Of a stretch of 64,000 nucleotides of DNA, positions 49,004 through 58,233 are shown piece after piece. Position numbers and translations under genes: made by a program. Each line of letters opens with the position of its first letter. The first letter of the stretch is position 1. The DNA comes from an uncultured Thermoleophilaceae bacterium (lineage in GTDB: Bacteria > Actinomycetota > Thermoleophilia > Solirubrobacterales > Thermoleophilaceae), in contig CAWFBT010000016.1 of assembly GCA_963814095.1 (NCBI GenBank), positions 32,000 through 95,999 of the forward strand, given 5' to 3'. A model generated the notes under the pieces. It searched no databases. It saw only the letters and a program-made list of their open reading frames with translations, and was not told where the DNA came from.

Positions 49004-50840
49004 GTGCCGTTCACGATCGCACAGGTCACCCCGTGGCCATGGGAGAAGCATCACGAGGTCAACCGCTTCGTCGAGAACCTCTCGAACGAGTTGTGCGCGC
49101 GCGGCCACCGCGTCGTCGTGATCGCCCCGTCCGACTCACGCGAGCTCGTCCACGAGGGCAGGGAGAAGGTCGATGCGCTGCGCGACGACCCCGACGCGCT
49201 CTTCGCCGATCCGGGCTGTGCCTCGGTCGTCGCCGTGGGCCAGTCGCTGCCGTTCAAGCGCGGCGGCTCCGTGTCGCTGCCGATCGACGTCTCGCGCACG
49301 CTCGAGGACCTGCTCGACCGCGCCGAGCTCGACTTCGTGCACGTGCACGAGCCGTTCGCGCCGAGCGCGTCGTCCGCCGCGCTGCGCCACTCGCAAGCGC
49401 TCAACGTCGGCACCTTCCACTCGACCACCGAGCGCTTCGTCTCGACGCAGGTCGCGCGCAAGGTCGTCGAGCTGCTCTTCGGCCGCCTCGACGGGCGCAC
49501 CGCGAGCTACATCGCCACCCGCGATCTGATCGAGCGCTACTTCCCCGGCAGCTACGAGGTCATCCACCCGGGCGCCGACCTGCTCCAGCGTCCCGAGCCG
49601 TCGGGCGAGCCACCTCGCATCGTGTTCTCGGGTGAGGAGGAGCGCGGCGCGCTGCGCCTCTTTCTGCGCGCTCTGCGGCGCCTCCCCGTCGAGCCCGACT
49701 GGCAGGCGACGATCTGGCTGCGCGATCCCGCCTCGGGCCCGGCGGTGACGCTGCCGCGCCGGATCCGTGACCGGGTGAGCGATGGCAGGGCCCGCCGACG
49801 GCTCCGAGGCCCAGCACCTGTCGCGCGCGACGATCGCCGTCGCCGCCTCGAGCGGCGCGGCGCCGGCACCGCAGCTCGTCCTGCGGGCGCTGGCGGGCGG
49901 GGCAGTGCCCGTGGTGTCGCGGCTGCCCCAGTACGAGGAGCTCGTGCGCGATGGCGAGCTCGGCCCGCTGTTCGAGCCGCGTGACGCGCTCACGCTGGCC
50001 GCCCAGCTCGAGCGGCTGCTCGTCCAGCCTGAGCTCGTGAGCGAGTACGCGACGCGGATCCAGCGCGTGCACCCGGAGCTCGAGTGGTCGCGCGTGGCCG
50101 ACGACTACGAGGCCGTCTACGAGCGCGTCGCAGCGCGTCGCCACTCCACGGACGGGCAGCCCGCGATCCGCAAGCGGCTCGAGAGCCGCGACTTCATCCA
50201 CGTCGACCTGCACATGCACACGGACCACTCGCCCGACTGCGCGACGCCCGTCGACACGCTGCTCGACACCGCCAAGAAGGTCGGGCTCGGCGCGATCGCG
50301 ATCACCGACCACAACGAGGTCTCGGGCGCGCTGGAGGCGCGCGAGCGCGCGGACGGGATCAAGGTGATCGTCGCGGAGGAGGTCAAGACCGCCGACCAGG
50401 GCGAGGTGATCGGGCTCTTCATCGAGGAGAAGATCCCGCGCGGCATGACGCTGCAGGAGACGATCGCCGAGATCCGCAGGCAGGGCGGGCTCGTCTACGT
50501 GCCGCATCCGTTCGACCGCATGCACTCCGTGCCCGACTACGAGCACCTGCTCGACGTGGTCGAGGACATCGACGCGATGGAGGTCTTCAACCCGCGCGTT
50601 GCCTTCTCGGCCTTCAACGAGGAGGCGGCCCGCTTCGCCGCCAAGTACCGGATCGTCGCGGGCGCCGGGTCGGACAGCCACGTGGCTCAGGGGCTCGGCT
50701 CGGTGAAGATCCGGATGCGCGACTTCGACGGGCCGGAGGAGTTCCTCGCATCGCTGCGCGACGCCGACATCGTGCGCAAGAAGCAGTCGCTCCTGTACGT
50801 CCAGGCGCTCAAGTTCATCCAGACGCGCGGCAAGAAGTGA
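49004..50840 (+). pseudogene. GT4 glycosyltransferase fused to a PHP-domain phosphoesterase, interrupted by an apparent frameshift near 49775
   Basis: Frame of ORF 48929 (GTG 49004: VPFTIAQVTPWPWEKHHEVNRFVENL…) carries the GT4 N-domain up to …LPRRIRDRV. The GT4 C-domain (…ATIAVAASSGAAPAPQLVLRALAGGAVPVVSRLP.YEELV…) continues in the frame of ORF 49782. It runs without a stop into a PHP domain (HVDLHMHTDHSPDC…ITDHN…PHPFD). Confidence 0.65.
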
Positions 50841-51493
50841 TGCGCCGGAGAGGAGCACCCGTGGATCCGTCAAATCCATCGGATCAGATGCCCGCTACCG
50901 ACGACGAGATCCGCGAGAAGTACCTCGAGCGGGCGATCAGGGAGCTGAACGGCCTTACCCGCGAGATCCAGGACTGCGAGCACTGCCCGCGCGGCAACCT
51001 CATGCCTGTGCTCGGGTCGGGCCACCCGCAGGCCGACATCGTGCTGCTCAAGTACGTGCCGATGCCCTCGGAGATCGAGGAGGGCGTCGCCTTCTACGGC
51101 CGCGCCGGCTCCGCGCTCATGAAGAGCTTCAAGCGACTCGGCATCGACCCGCTCGCGGTCTACGGAACGGTGTTCGTCAAGTGCCCGGTGCATGACACCG
51201 ACGACTCCGCGCCGGAGTGTCGCGCGCGCGTCCTCGACGAGCTGGCGATCGTCCAGCCGCGCATCGTCGTGGTGATGGGCGAGGACGCCGTCGAGGAGCT
51301 CAACATGCTGCACGTGCCGCTCGCGCGTCCGCTCGACTGGACGCCCGGCGAGATTCAGCGGCTCACGCCCACCTGCGACGCGCTGGCCGTGCCGGACATC
51401 GACCGCTCGCTTGACGACGAGGTTGCGAAGCGCGAGTTCTGGGGCGCGTTCCGCTCGCTCGGCGAGTGGTACGACGACCTGCCTCCGTACTGA
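50840..51493 (+). CDS. Uracil-DNA glycosylase superfamily protein (family 4/5-like)
   Basis: ATG overlaps the preceding TGA. …CEHCPRG…GSGHPQADIVLL…FYGRAG… resembles thermostable UDG families. Exact family uncertain. Confidence 0.7.
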   Translation: MRRRGAPVDPSNPSDQMPATDDEIREKYLERAIRELNGLTREIQDCEHCPRGNLMPVLGSGHPQADIVLLKYVPMPSEIEEGVAFYGRAGSALMKSFKRLGIDPLAVYGTVFVKCPVHDTDDSAPECRARVLDELAIVQPRIVVVMGEDAVEELNMLHVPLARPLDWTPGEIQRLTPTCDALAVPDIDRSLDDEVAKREFWGAFRSLGEWYDDLPPY

Positions 51494-51525
51494 TCCGCGC
51501 GGGGCTCACCCCTCCCAGATGATCG

Positions 51526-51567
51526 ATTGAAGAGTTGTGGGGGCCATTGGCCCAGCAAGTCTTCAAT
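51526..51567. repeat. AT-rich palindromic intergenic element, copy B
   Basis: Arms ATTGAAGA / TCTTCAAT around a 26-nt spacer containing GTGGGGGCC. The left side ATCGATTGAAG.{2}TT.{2,3}GGGGGCC closely matches copy A at 9021..9047. Lies about 30 nt after the stop of the UDG gene. Confidence 0.5.
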
Positions 51568-51603
51568 GGGGGTGGATCAAGCACGCGCGAGTGCGCCCAG
51601 GGG

Positions 51604-51656
51604 TGGACGCACCGGCACTTCTGAGCTATAATTTCGATCGTAAGCGAACGATCGAA
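51604..51656 (+). promoter_or_regulatory. Candidate sigma-70-type promoter plus palindromic leader upstream of the sigma factor gene
   Basis: TGGACG (51604..51609), 17 nt, TATAAT (51627..51632). This is followed immediately by a perfect inverted repeat TTCGATCGT-AAGCGA-ACGATCGAA (51633..51656). Confidence 0.45.
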
Positions 51657-51672
51657 AGGTACGTTAGCAGCG

Positions 51673-52614
51673 TTGAGTACCACCACACGTAACGTGACCC
51701 GCAGGGCCGCCAATGCCGCCCCTGAGGGCACAGAGACAAAGCGCCAGCGCAAGCGCCGCGAGGTGCACGCCACCGAGGCCAAGGTGGCCGACATCAGCGC
51801 GGACGCGCTGGGGCAGTTCTTCAAGCAGGCATCGAAGTACAAGCTGCTCACCGCCGAGGAAGAGGTCGAGCTCGCCAAGCGGATCGAGCGCGGCGACCTC
51901 GAGGCCAAGGAGCGCATGATCAACGCGAACCTGCGGCTCGTGGTCGCGCAGGCACGTCGCTTCCAGGGCCAGGGCCTGCCGATGGGCGACCTCGTCCAGG
52001 AGGGCATGCTGGGCCTGATTCGCGCAGTCGAGAAGTTCGACTGGCGCAAGGGCTTCAAGTTCTCGACCTACGCGGTCCTCTGGATCAAGCAGTCGATCGG
52101 GCGCGGTCTCGCGAACTCCGGCAGCACGATCAGGATCCCGGTGCACATCGGGCAGCGTGAGCGCAAGGTGAAGAAGCACGAGCGCGAGCTGGCCGTGCAG
52201 CTCGGGCGCCAGCCGACAGTCGACGAGCTCGTCGAGTCCACCGGGCTGCCGGAGGACCAGGTGCGCGAGTCGCTCGAGCTGACGAAGCACCTCGCGAGCC
52301 TCGACCAGGGCGTTGGCGAGGACGGCGAAACCGCACTCGGCGATCTGCTGCCGAGCGAGCGCCCTGAGCCGGAGGAGGAGGTCGTGACCGCCCTGGGCGA
52401 CAGGCGAGTCCGCGAGGTCGTCGGCCGCCTTCCCGAGGACGAGCGCGACGTGATCACGCTGCGCTTCGGGCTGCTCGGCGACGAGCCGGCCTCCACGCGC
52501 GAGGCAGGGACGCGTCTCGGGCTGACGGCCAGGGACGCCAAGCGGCTCGAGGAGCAGGCGCTTCGCCGGCTGGCCGAGAGCGGCGACCTGCAGGAGCTCC
52601 GCCAGGCCGCATAA
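51673..52614 (+). CDS. RNA polymerase sigma-70 family factor (group 1/2, RpoD/SigB-like)
   Basis: 313 aa, TTG start. Region 2 NLRLVV..A…F.TYA.WWI-like (FSTYAVLWIKQSI), region 3, and region 4.2 (…REAGTRLGLTARDAKRLEEQALRRL). There is no long region 1.1, so principal versus alternative status is unclear. Confidence 0.9.
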   Translation: MSTTTRNVTRRAANAAPEGTETKRQRKRREVHATEAKVADISADALGQFFKQASKYKLLTAEEEVELAKRIERGDLEAKERMINANLRLVVAQARRFQGQGLPMGDLVQEGMLGLIRAVEKFDWRKGFKFSTYAVLWIKQSIGRGLANSGSTIRIPVHIGQRERKVKKHERELAVQLGRQPTVDELVESTGLPEDQVRESLELTKHLASLDQGVGEDGETALGDLLPSERPEPEEEVVTALGDRRVREVVGRLPEDERDVITLRFGLLGDEPASTREAGTRLGLTARDAKRLEEQALRRLAESGDLQELRQAA

Positions 52615-52656
52615 GGCGGCCGGCGGGGCCCGCCCTGCCGCGATAGGCTCAGGCGC

Positions 52657-53079
52657 ATGACCAGCAAGGCGCGTGTCCTTGTGGTCGCGAACCGCACGGC
52701 CGAGTCCCCCGAGCTCCTCGAGGCGCTCCGCGCCCGGACGGTACAGGGCCCCTGTGAGTTCACGCTCCTCGTCCCCTCGACTCCGCACGGTCTCGCCTGG
52801 GCCGCGGACATGCACGCCGGTGGCGAGGAGGCCGAGGAGCATCGCCACGGGTTCGTGGAGGAGCTGCGCCGGGAAGGGTTGGACATGGCCGGCGCGCGGG
52901 TCGGTGATCCCGATGCTCTCGCGGCCATACAGGACGAATGCAATTTCAACGAGTACGACGAGGTGATCGTCTCGACGCTGCCGCTGCACGTGTCGAAATG
53001 GCTGAAGCTCGACCTTCCCAGCAAGGCGAAGGCCGCAACGGGGCTGCCGGTCACGCACGTCGTCGGGAGCGAGGCCTGA
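52657..53079 (+). CDS. Hypothetical protein (USP/adenine-nucleotide-alpha-hydrolase-like fold suspected)
   Basis: 140 aa, MTSKARVLVVANRTAES.ELLEAL…; coding-like GC3. Family not firmly recognised. Confidence 0.55.
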   Translation: MTSKARVLVVANRTAESPELLEALRARTVQGPCEFTLLVPSTPHGLAWAADMHAGGEEAEEHRHGFVEELRREGLDMAGARVGDPDALAAIQDECNFNEYDEVIVSTLPLHVSKWLKLDLPSKAKAATGLPVTHVVGSEA

Positions 53080-53252
53080 TGGAGCTCGAGGAGCGCGAGG
53101 GAGTCGACCCGGTCATCGAGCGGCGCTGCGCCGAGTGCGGCACCAAGCTGACCGAGCAGGAGATCAAGGCCGCCATCGAGACGAACGGCCCCTTCCTGTG
53201 CACGGTGCACGCCAACGAGGAGGTCGCGGTCGAGGAGGACGCAGCGGGCTAG
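53079..53252 (+). CDS. Small acidic protein with CxxC…CxxH motif
   Basis: 57 aa (MELEEREGVDPVIERRCAECGTKLTEQEIKAAIETNGPFLCTVHANEE…). The ATG overlaps the upstream TGA (TGATG). Confidence 0.4.
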   Translation: MELEEREGVDPVIERRCAECGTKLTEQEIKAAIETNGPFLCTVHANEEVAVEEDAAG

Positions 53253-53260
53253 GTGACCGC

Positions 53261-53845
53261 CTAGCCGTCGACGTATCGCTGCAGGGTCGGCGCGATCAGC
53301 GCCACCACCTGCTCGGGCTCGGCCGACGCGAGCGGCTCGACGCGCAGCACGTAACGCACCATCGCGAGGCCGAGCATCTGCGAGCCGACCGCCGACGCGC
53401 GGAGCTTCGCGTCCGGGCCTTCGAGGGCGGCGGCGATCCGCGGGACGATCTGGCGCTCGACGAACTCGCGCAGCAGCTCGGGCCGACTGGCGGCCGAGCG
53501 CAGCACCCTGATGATCGGCTCGCCGCTCGCCGGGTTGTCCCAGACCTGCAGGAAGCGAGTGGCGAGCCGCTCGCCGAGGTCGGCGGTGCCCTCGGCCAGC
53601 ACGGCATCGATTGCCGCCGCCGGGTTCACGGGCAGGCGCAGTGACTCCACGAAGAGGCCGCTCTTCGAGCCGAAGTAGTACGAGACGAGCGCCGGGTCCA
53701 CGCCGGCGTCGCGGGCGATCGCCCGCATCGTCGCCCCCTCGTAGCCGTGCTCGGCGAAATGCCCGCGCGCGGCAGCGAGGATCGCCTCGCGGGCCTGCAC
53801 TCCGTCCTGGCGCGGTCCGCGCTTCCTCTCCGCTGTTGGTTTCAT
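53261..53845 (-). CDS. TetR/AcrR family transcriptional regulator
   Basis: 194 aa, N-terminal HTH …ILAAARGHFAEHGYEGATMRAIARDAGVDPALVSYYFGSK. Confidence 0.9.
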   Translation of the reverse strand: MKPTAERKRGPRQDGVQAREAILAAARGHFAEHGYEGATMRAIARDAGVDPALVSYYFGSKSGLFVESLRLPVNPAAAIDAVLAEGTADLGERLATRFLQVWDNPASGEPIIRVLRSAASRPELLREFVERQIVPRIAAALEGPDAKLRASAVGSQMLGLAMVRYVLRVEPLASAEPEQVVALIAPTLQRYVDG

Positions 53846-53880
53846 CAGATGTTGAAATCTAGCGCAAGCTGTGCAAGAGT

Positions 53881-53900
53881 GTTTCAGCAGTTGATGAAAC
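53881..53900. promoter_or_regulatory. Candidate TetR operator
   Basis: GTTTCAGCAGTTGATGAAAC is a 16/20 palindrome in the TetR/MFS divergent intergenic region. A related half-site GTTTCATCA overlaps the TetR start codon (53839..53847). Confidence 0.4.
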
Positions 53901-53921
53901 TACTCGCGTCAGGAGCCTGAG

Positions 53922-55334
53922 ATGTCAGCTGACCGCCGCAAGATCCTCGTGATGATGTGCTTCGCGCTCGCGACCGTGGTGAGCGCGGTCTCCTCCCTCA
54001 ACGTCGCCCTCCCCGACCTCGCTCGGGACACGGGCGCGACTCCAACGGAGCTTCAATGGATCGTCGACGCGTACGCGCTCGTCTTCGCCGGGCTGCTGCT
54101 CCCCGCCGGTGCTCTGGGCGACCGGCTCGGGCGGCGGCGGGTGCTGCTGGCCGGCCTCGCGATCTTCGGCATCGGCGCGGCGATCGCGACGACGGTGAGC
54201 GACCCTTCGACCCTGATCGCGATCCGCGCCTTCATGGGCCTCGGCGCGGCGCTGATCATGCCGACCACGCTCTCGATCATCACCTCGAACTTCCCGGCCG
54301 GCGAGCGCGACCGCGCCGTCGGCGCCTGGGCGGGCGTCGCCGGCGGCAGCGCCCTGCTCGGGCTGCTTGTCTCGGGCGCGATCCTCGAGGTCGCAAGCTG
54401 GTCCTGGGTCTTCGGCCTGAGCGTCGTGCTCGCGCTGATCGCCTTCGCCGGCTCGATTCGCGTGGTGCCGGGGCATGACGTGCACGCGCCGAAGGCACTC
54501 GACCCGGTCGGCGGCGCGCTGTCGGCGGTCTCCCTGTCGGCGCTCGTGTGGGCCTTCATCGAGGGCCCGCAGCGCGGCTGGGGCGACTCGCTCGTGGTCG
54601 GTGGCTTCGCCGGCGCTGTGCTGCTCGGCGTCGCCTTCGTCATCTGGGAGCTGCGTCGCTCGGAGCCCATGCTCGACCCGCGCCTCTTCAAGGTGCGTGG
54701 CTTCACGAGCGGCTCGCTGTCGATCTTCGTGCAGTTCTTCGCGGCCTTCGGCCTGATCTTCGTCCTGCTGCAGTTCCTCCAGCTGGTGCTCGGCTACTCG
54801 CCGCTCGAGGCCGGCGCGGCGCTGGCGCCGATGGCGCTCGTGATGATCGTCGTCGCCCCGCGCGTGCCGCGTCTCGTCGAGCGCGTCGGCGTCCGGCCGG
54901 TCGGACCGACGGGACTGGCGCTGATGGCGCTTGGCCTCTTCGTCCTCTCCACCATGGATGCCGGCTCGTCCTACTGGCACCTGCTGGCCGGCGGCCTCGT
55001 GCTCGGCCTGGGCATGGCGCTCGCGACGACACCCGCGACGACGGCGATCGTGGAGTCGCTGCCCGACGAGAAGCAGGGCGTCGCCTCGGCGGTCAACGAC
55101 GCGTCGCGCGAGGTCGGCGGGGCGCTCGGCATCGCGGTCCTCGGCAGCGTGCTCGCCGACCACGTCGGAGAGCTCGGCCCCGGCATGGACCCGGCGTCCT
55201 TCGTCGACGGGTTCAGCGCTGCACTCGTGGTCGGAGCGGCCGTCTTGATCGCCGGTGCTCTGATCGTCGCCCTGCGGGCGCCGCGCCGCGCGAGGGTGAC
55301 CAGCCCCGCACCCGAGTCCCTGCTCGCCAAGTGA
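53922..55334 (+). CDS. MFS transporter, DHA2 (EmrB/QacA, 14-TMS) type
   Basis: 470 aa. …GALGDRLGRRRVLL.GL… motif A; hydropathy pattern consistent with 14 TMS. Confidence 0.9.
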   Translation: MSADRRKILVMMCFALATVVSAVSSLNVALPDLARDTGATPTELQWIVDAYALVFAGLLLPAGALGDRLGRRRVLLAGLAIFGIGAAIATTVSDPSTLIAIRAFMGLGAALIMPTTLSIITSNFPAGERDRAVGAWAGVAGGSALLGLLVSGAILEVASWSWVFGLSVVLALIAFAGSIRVVPGHDVHAPKALDPVGGALSAVSLSALVWAFIEGPQRGWGDSLVVGGFAGAVLLGVAFVIWELRRSEPMLDPRLFKVRGFTSGSLSIFVQFFAAFGLIFVLLQFLQLVLGYSPLEAGAALAPMALVMIVVAPRVPRLVERVGVRPVGPTGLALMALGLFVLSTMDAGSSYWHLLAGGLVLGLGMALATTPATTAIVESLPDEKQGVASAVNDASREVGGALGIAVLGSVLADHVGELGPGMDPASFVDGFSAALVVGAAVLIAGALIVALRAPRRARVTSPAPESLLAK

Positions 55335-55347
55335 CTGTTGCCGAGGG

Positions 55348-56712
55348 CTAGCCGCGCTCGAGCAGCGCCACGCACTCGATGTGCGGGGTCTGCGGGAACA
55401 TGTCGACGGGCCGCACCGTCTTCAGCTCGTAGCCGGCGTCCGCCAGCTGGCGGGCGTTCGGCGCGAGCGTCGTCGGGTTGCAGGAGACGTAGACGATCCT
55501 GCGGGCCTCGGCCTCGAGCACGCGGCGCACGACCTTCTGCGAGAGGCCGGCGCGCGGCGGGTCGACCACGACGACGTCGGGCGAGCCGCTCTGCTCGAGC
55601 AGCGGCCGCATCGCGAGGCGCACGTCGCCGGCGAAGAAGTTCGTGTTGTCGATGCCGTTCAGCCGCGCGTTCTCGATGGCGTCGGCAACCGCCTCCTCGA
55701 CGATCTCGACGCCCCATACCTCGCCGGCGTCGAGCGCCAGCACGAGGGCGATCGTGCCGATGCCGCAGAACAGGTCGAGGACCTTCTCGCGACCGCTCAA
55801 CCCCGCCAGGTCGACGGCGTTTCCGTAGAGGCGCTCGGCCATCTCCGTGTTCGTCTGGAAGAAGGCGTCCGGGGAGATCCGGAAGCGCAGGCCGGACAGC
55901 TCCTCCTCGAGCACGGCCGAGCCCTTGACGATCTGCGTGTCGCCATCGCGGGTGGTCTCCGCGACGCCGGCGGCGCGCGTCCATAGGAACGAGTCGGCCG
56001 GCACCGCGGCCGCGAGCGCGTCGACGTCGAAGCTGCTCCCAGGGCTCGTGACGATGCGCGCCTGCAGCTGGCCGGTGCGACGCCCCTCGCGCGCGACGAG
56101 GTTGCGCAGCAGCCCCTGCTGGCCGCGGCGGTCCCACGCGCTCAGCCCCTGATCGCGGCACCACGCCTTGACGGCCTCGCGCAGCTCGCCGACCCGCTCG
56201 GAGGCGAGGATGTCGCGCTCGACGTCGTCGATCACGTCGAAGCGGCCGGGGCGATGGAAGCCGAGCACGAGCTCTCCGCTCTCCTCGTCCTCCCCGAAGG
56301 AGTACTCGAGCTTGTTGCGGTAGTTGAACTCCTCGACGGCCGGCACGATCGGCTCGACCGGCGGCGCCTCGAAGCGACCGATGCGAGCGAGCGCATCGGC
56401 CACCTGCAGCTGCTTCTCCTCGAGCTGGCGCTCGTACGGGAGCACCTGCCAGGGCGCACCCGGATGAGGAGCGCGCGGCTCGACGCGCTCGGGGCTCGCT
56501 TCTACGAGCTCGACCACGTCGGCATCGCCGAACGAGCGCTTCGAGCGCGTGATGCGAGCGCGCACGAGGTCGCCGGGAACGGCGCCGCGGACGAACACGA
56601 CGTAGCCGTCGCTGCGGGCCACGCCGGCGCCGCCATGGGCGAGCCGGTCGATGCGCAGCTCCAGCTCGTCGCCCTTGCGGGGCCTGGATGTCGTTGCAGG
56701 GGCGCCTTCCAC
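55348..56712 (-). CDS. TRAM-domain 23S rRNA (uracil-5-)-methyltransferase RlmD/RumA-like
   Basis: 454 aa. N-terminal TRAM (…ELRIDRLAHGGAGVAR…), SAM site DLFCGIG, DPPRAGL and VYVSCNP motifs. Confidence 0.88.
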   Translation of the reverse strand: MEGAPATTSRPRKGDELELRIDRLAHGGAGVARSDGYVVFVRGAVPGDLVRARITRSKRSFGDADVVELVEASPERVEPRAPHPGAPWQVLPYERQLEEKQLQVADALARIGRFEAPPVEPIVPAVEEFNYRNKLEYSFGEDEESGELVLGFHRPGRFDVIDDVERDILASERVGELREAVKAWCRDQGLSAWDRRGQQGLLRNLVAREGRRTGQLQARIVTSPGSSFDVDALAAAVPADSFLWTRAAGVAETTRDGDTQIVKGSAVLEEELSGLRFRISPDAFFQTNTEMAERLYGNAVDLAGLSGREKVLDLFCGIGTIALVLALDAGEVWGVEIVEEAVADAIENARLNGIDNTNFFAGDVRLAMRPLLEQSGSPDVVVVDPPRAGLSQKVVRRVLEAEARRIVYVSCNPTTLAPNARQLADAGYELKTVRPVDMFPQTPHIECVALLERG

Positions 56713-56732
56713 GACGCCCTATGGTCGCAGCC

Positions 56733-57374
56733 CTACTTCAGCTTCGACTCGATCGCGCTCAGCACGCCCTTGCGGTTGGCGTTGCGGCGCTCGTAGTCAC
56801 GGACCTTGCGGAGCTGGGGGGCGCTGAGGTCGCCGAGGCGGGTCTTGATCTCGCCGACCTTGAGCTCGTCGTAGAGGCTGATCGGGAACTTCGACCCGAC
56901 CCCGGCGGCGCGGCGGGCCTTGTCTGCCTGGGCGATGGCGGGGGACGCCGCATGGACGGCGCGGTCGCGCGCCTTGCCTGCGCGCTTCGTGACGTCACGG
57001 CGGCCCTTGTCCATCAGGCTCTCGAGATCCTTGAGGACGTCGTCCGTCTCCTTGCGCCCGCGCTTGACGAGATCGCCGGCAATTCCGCGCGCGTCCTTCG
57101 CGGAGAGCTTCCCGCTCTTCTGGAGCGCCTCCTCGATGCGGTCGCGGGTGAGCAGCACCATCCCGGTCGGCTTGATCAGGTTCTTGCGCAGGGCCTCGCG
57201 GAACTCGGCGACCGTCTTCGCCTCGACGCCCGCCGGCTTCGTCGCCGTGCGCGACGCGCTCTTCGCGGACTTCTGGGCCTTCTGCTGGCGGCCGCGGGCG
57301 GCACCGCCCTTCTTCGCCGCGGCGCTGCGCTTGCTGCTCGATGCCCGCCTCGATCCTCCGCTCGCCCTGCTCAT
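56733..57374 (-). CDS. Basic hypothetical protein (phasin/COG3937-like helical region plus C-terminal SAP/Rho-N-like motif)
   Basis: 213 aa. Lys/Arg/Ala-rich N-terminus. The C-terminus …YDELKVGEIKTRLGDLSAPQLRKVRDYERRNANRKGV… is assigned by resemblance only. Confidence 0.55.
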   Translation of the reverse strand: MSRASGGSRRASSSKRSAAAKKGGAARGRQQKAQKSAKSASRTATKPAGVEAKTVAEFREALRKNLIKPTGMVLLTRDRIEEALQKSGKLSAKDARGIAGDLVKRGRKETDDVLKDLESLMDKGRRDVTKRAGKARDRAVHAASPAIAQADKARRAAGVGSKFPISLYDELKVGEIKTRLGDLSAPQLRKVRDYERRNANRKGVLSAIESKLK

Positions 57375-57416
57375 CGCACACCTTTCCTCGGCCGTGGTCG
57401 CTGCGGGCGCACTATC

Positions 57417-58233
57417 TCACCTCGACAGGGCGAACGCGCCGCTGACCGGAGCGTGGTCCGACAGCCGGATCCGGAGGCCGTCGGCATCGGTCAGCTCGCG
57501 CCGCTCCGCGGCCAGCCGGCGCGGTCGCTCGCTCACATCGAGCCCGCGCACCAGCAGGTGGTCGATCGCATCCGGCGCGGTGGGCGCGGCGAGCTGCATC
57601 CGCTCGCGCAGCTCTTCGAAGGGCTCCGGGATCGCGTGCCGGGCGCAGGTTCAGGTCACCGCCGAAGACGAGCGGGTCCTCATCCGACCAGGCGACGGCG
57701 TGCTCGGCCGCGCGCACGACCTCGGCCGCGGCCCGCTCGGGGAGGCCGGCGGAGGCGTGCAGGTTCGCCACGCACACGCGGCCCTCGGGGAGCACGAGGC
57801 GCGTCCACTGCATGCGCCGCTGCTCGGGCCGGTGGGCCAATGCCAGGCTGCGCCGCGCGAGGATGCGCCCGGGGTCGCGCACGAGGATCTGATTCGAGCC
57901 GCCCTCGAACGACGCGAGCAGGTCCGGGTTCCAGTCGGCGAGCCGTCGCTGAAGCGGCGGGCACCAGTTGCGCGAGGTCCTCACGAGCGCGCCGTGCGAG
58001 CGCGTGCGTATGCCCAGCTCGCGAAACCAGCGCGGAGGCGCCTCCTGCAGGAGCGCGACGTCCCACTCGAGCTCGTCGAGCACGCTTGCGAACTCGTCGA
58101 GCAGCGAGCGGTTCACCTGCGCGTGGGTCGCGTTTCGCTCGGTCTTCTTCAACAGCCGGCTCCGCCACGTGAAGAGGGCCGGAGCCGGGGGGAAGTCACG
58201 ACCGTGGTAGAGGTTCCAGCTGAGGACTCGCAT
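57417..58233 (-). pseudogene. EEP-family hydrolase interrupted by an apparent frameshift near 57640
   Basis: From ATG 58233: MRVLSWNLYHGRD…LLQEA…VANLHAS…VFGGDLNLRPA, after which the frame degenerates. The EEP C-terminus (IPEPFEEL…DAIDHLLVRGL…LSDHAPV) is in the frame of ORF 57417..57599. Confidence 0.65.

Noticed and set aside
53925-55163. 412-aa minus-strand ORF
   Set aside because: It is antisense to the MFS transporter, and its product is highly charged Arg/Asp/Glu-rich noise.
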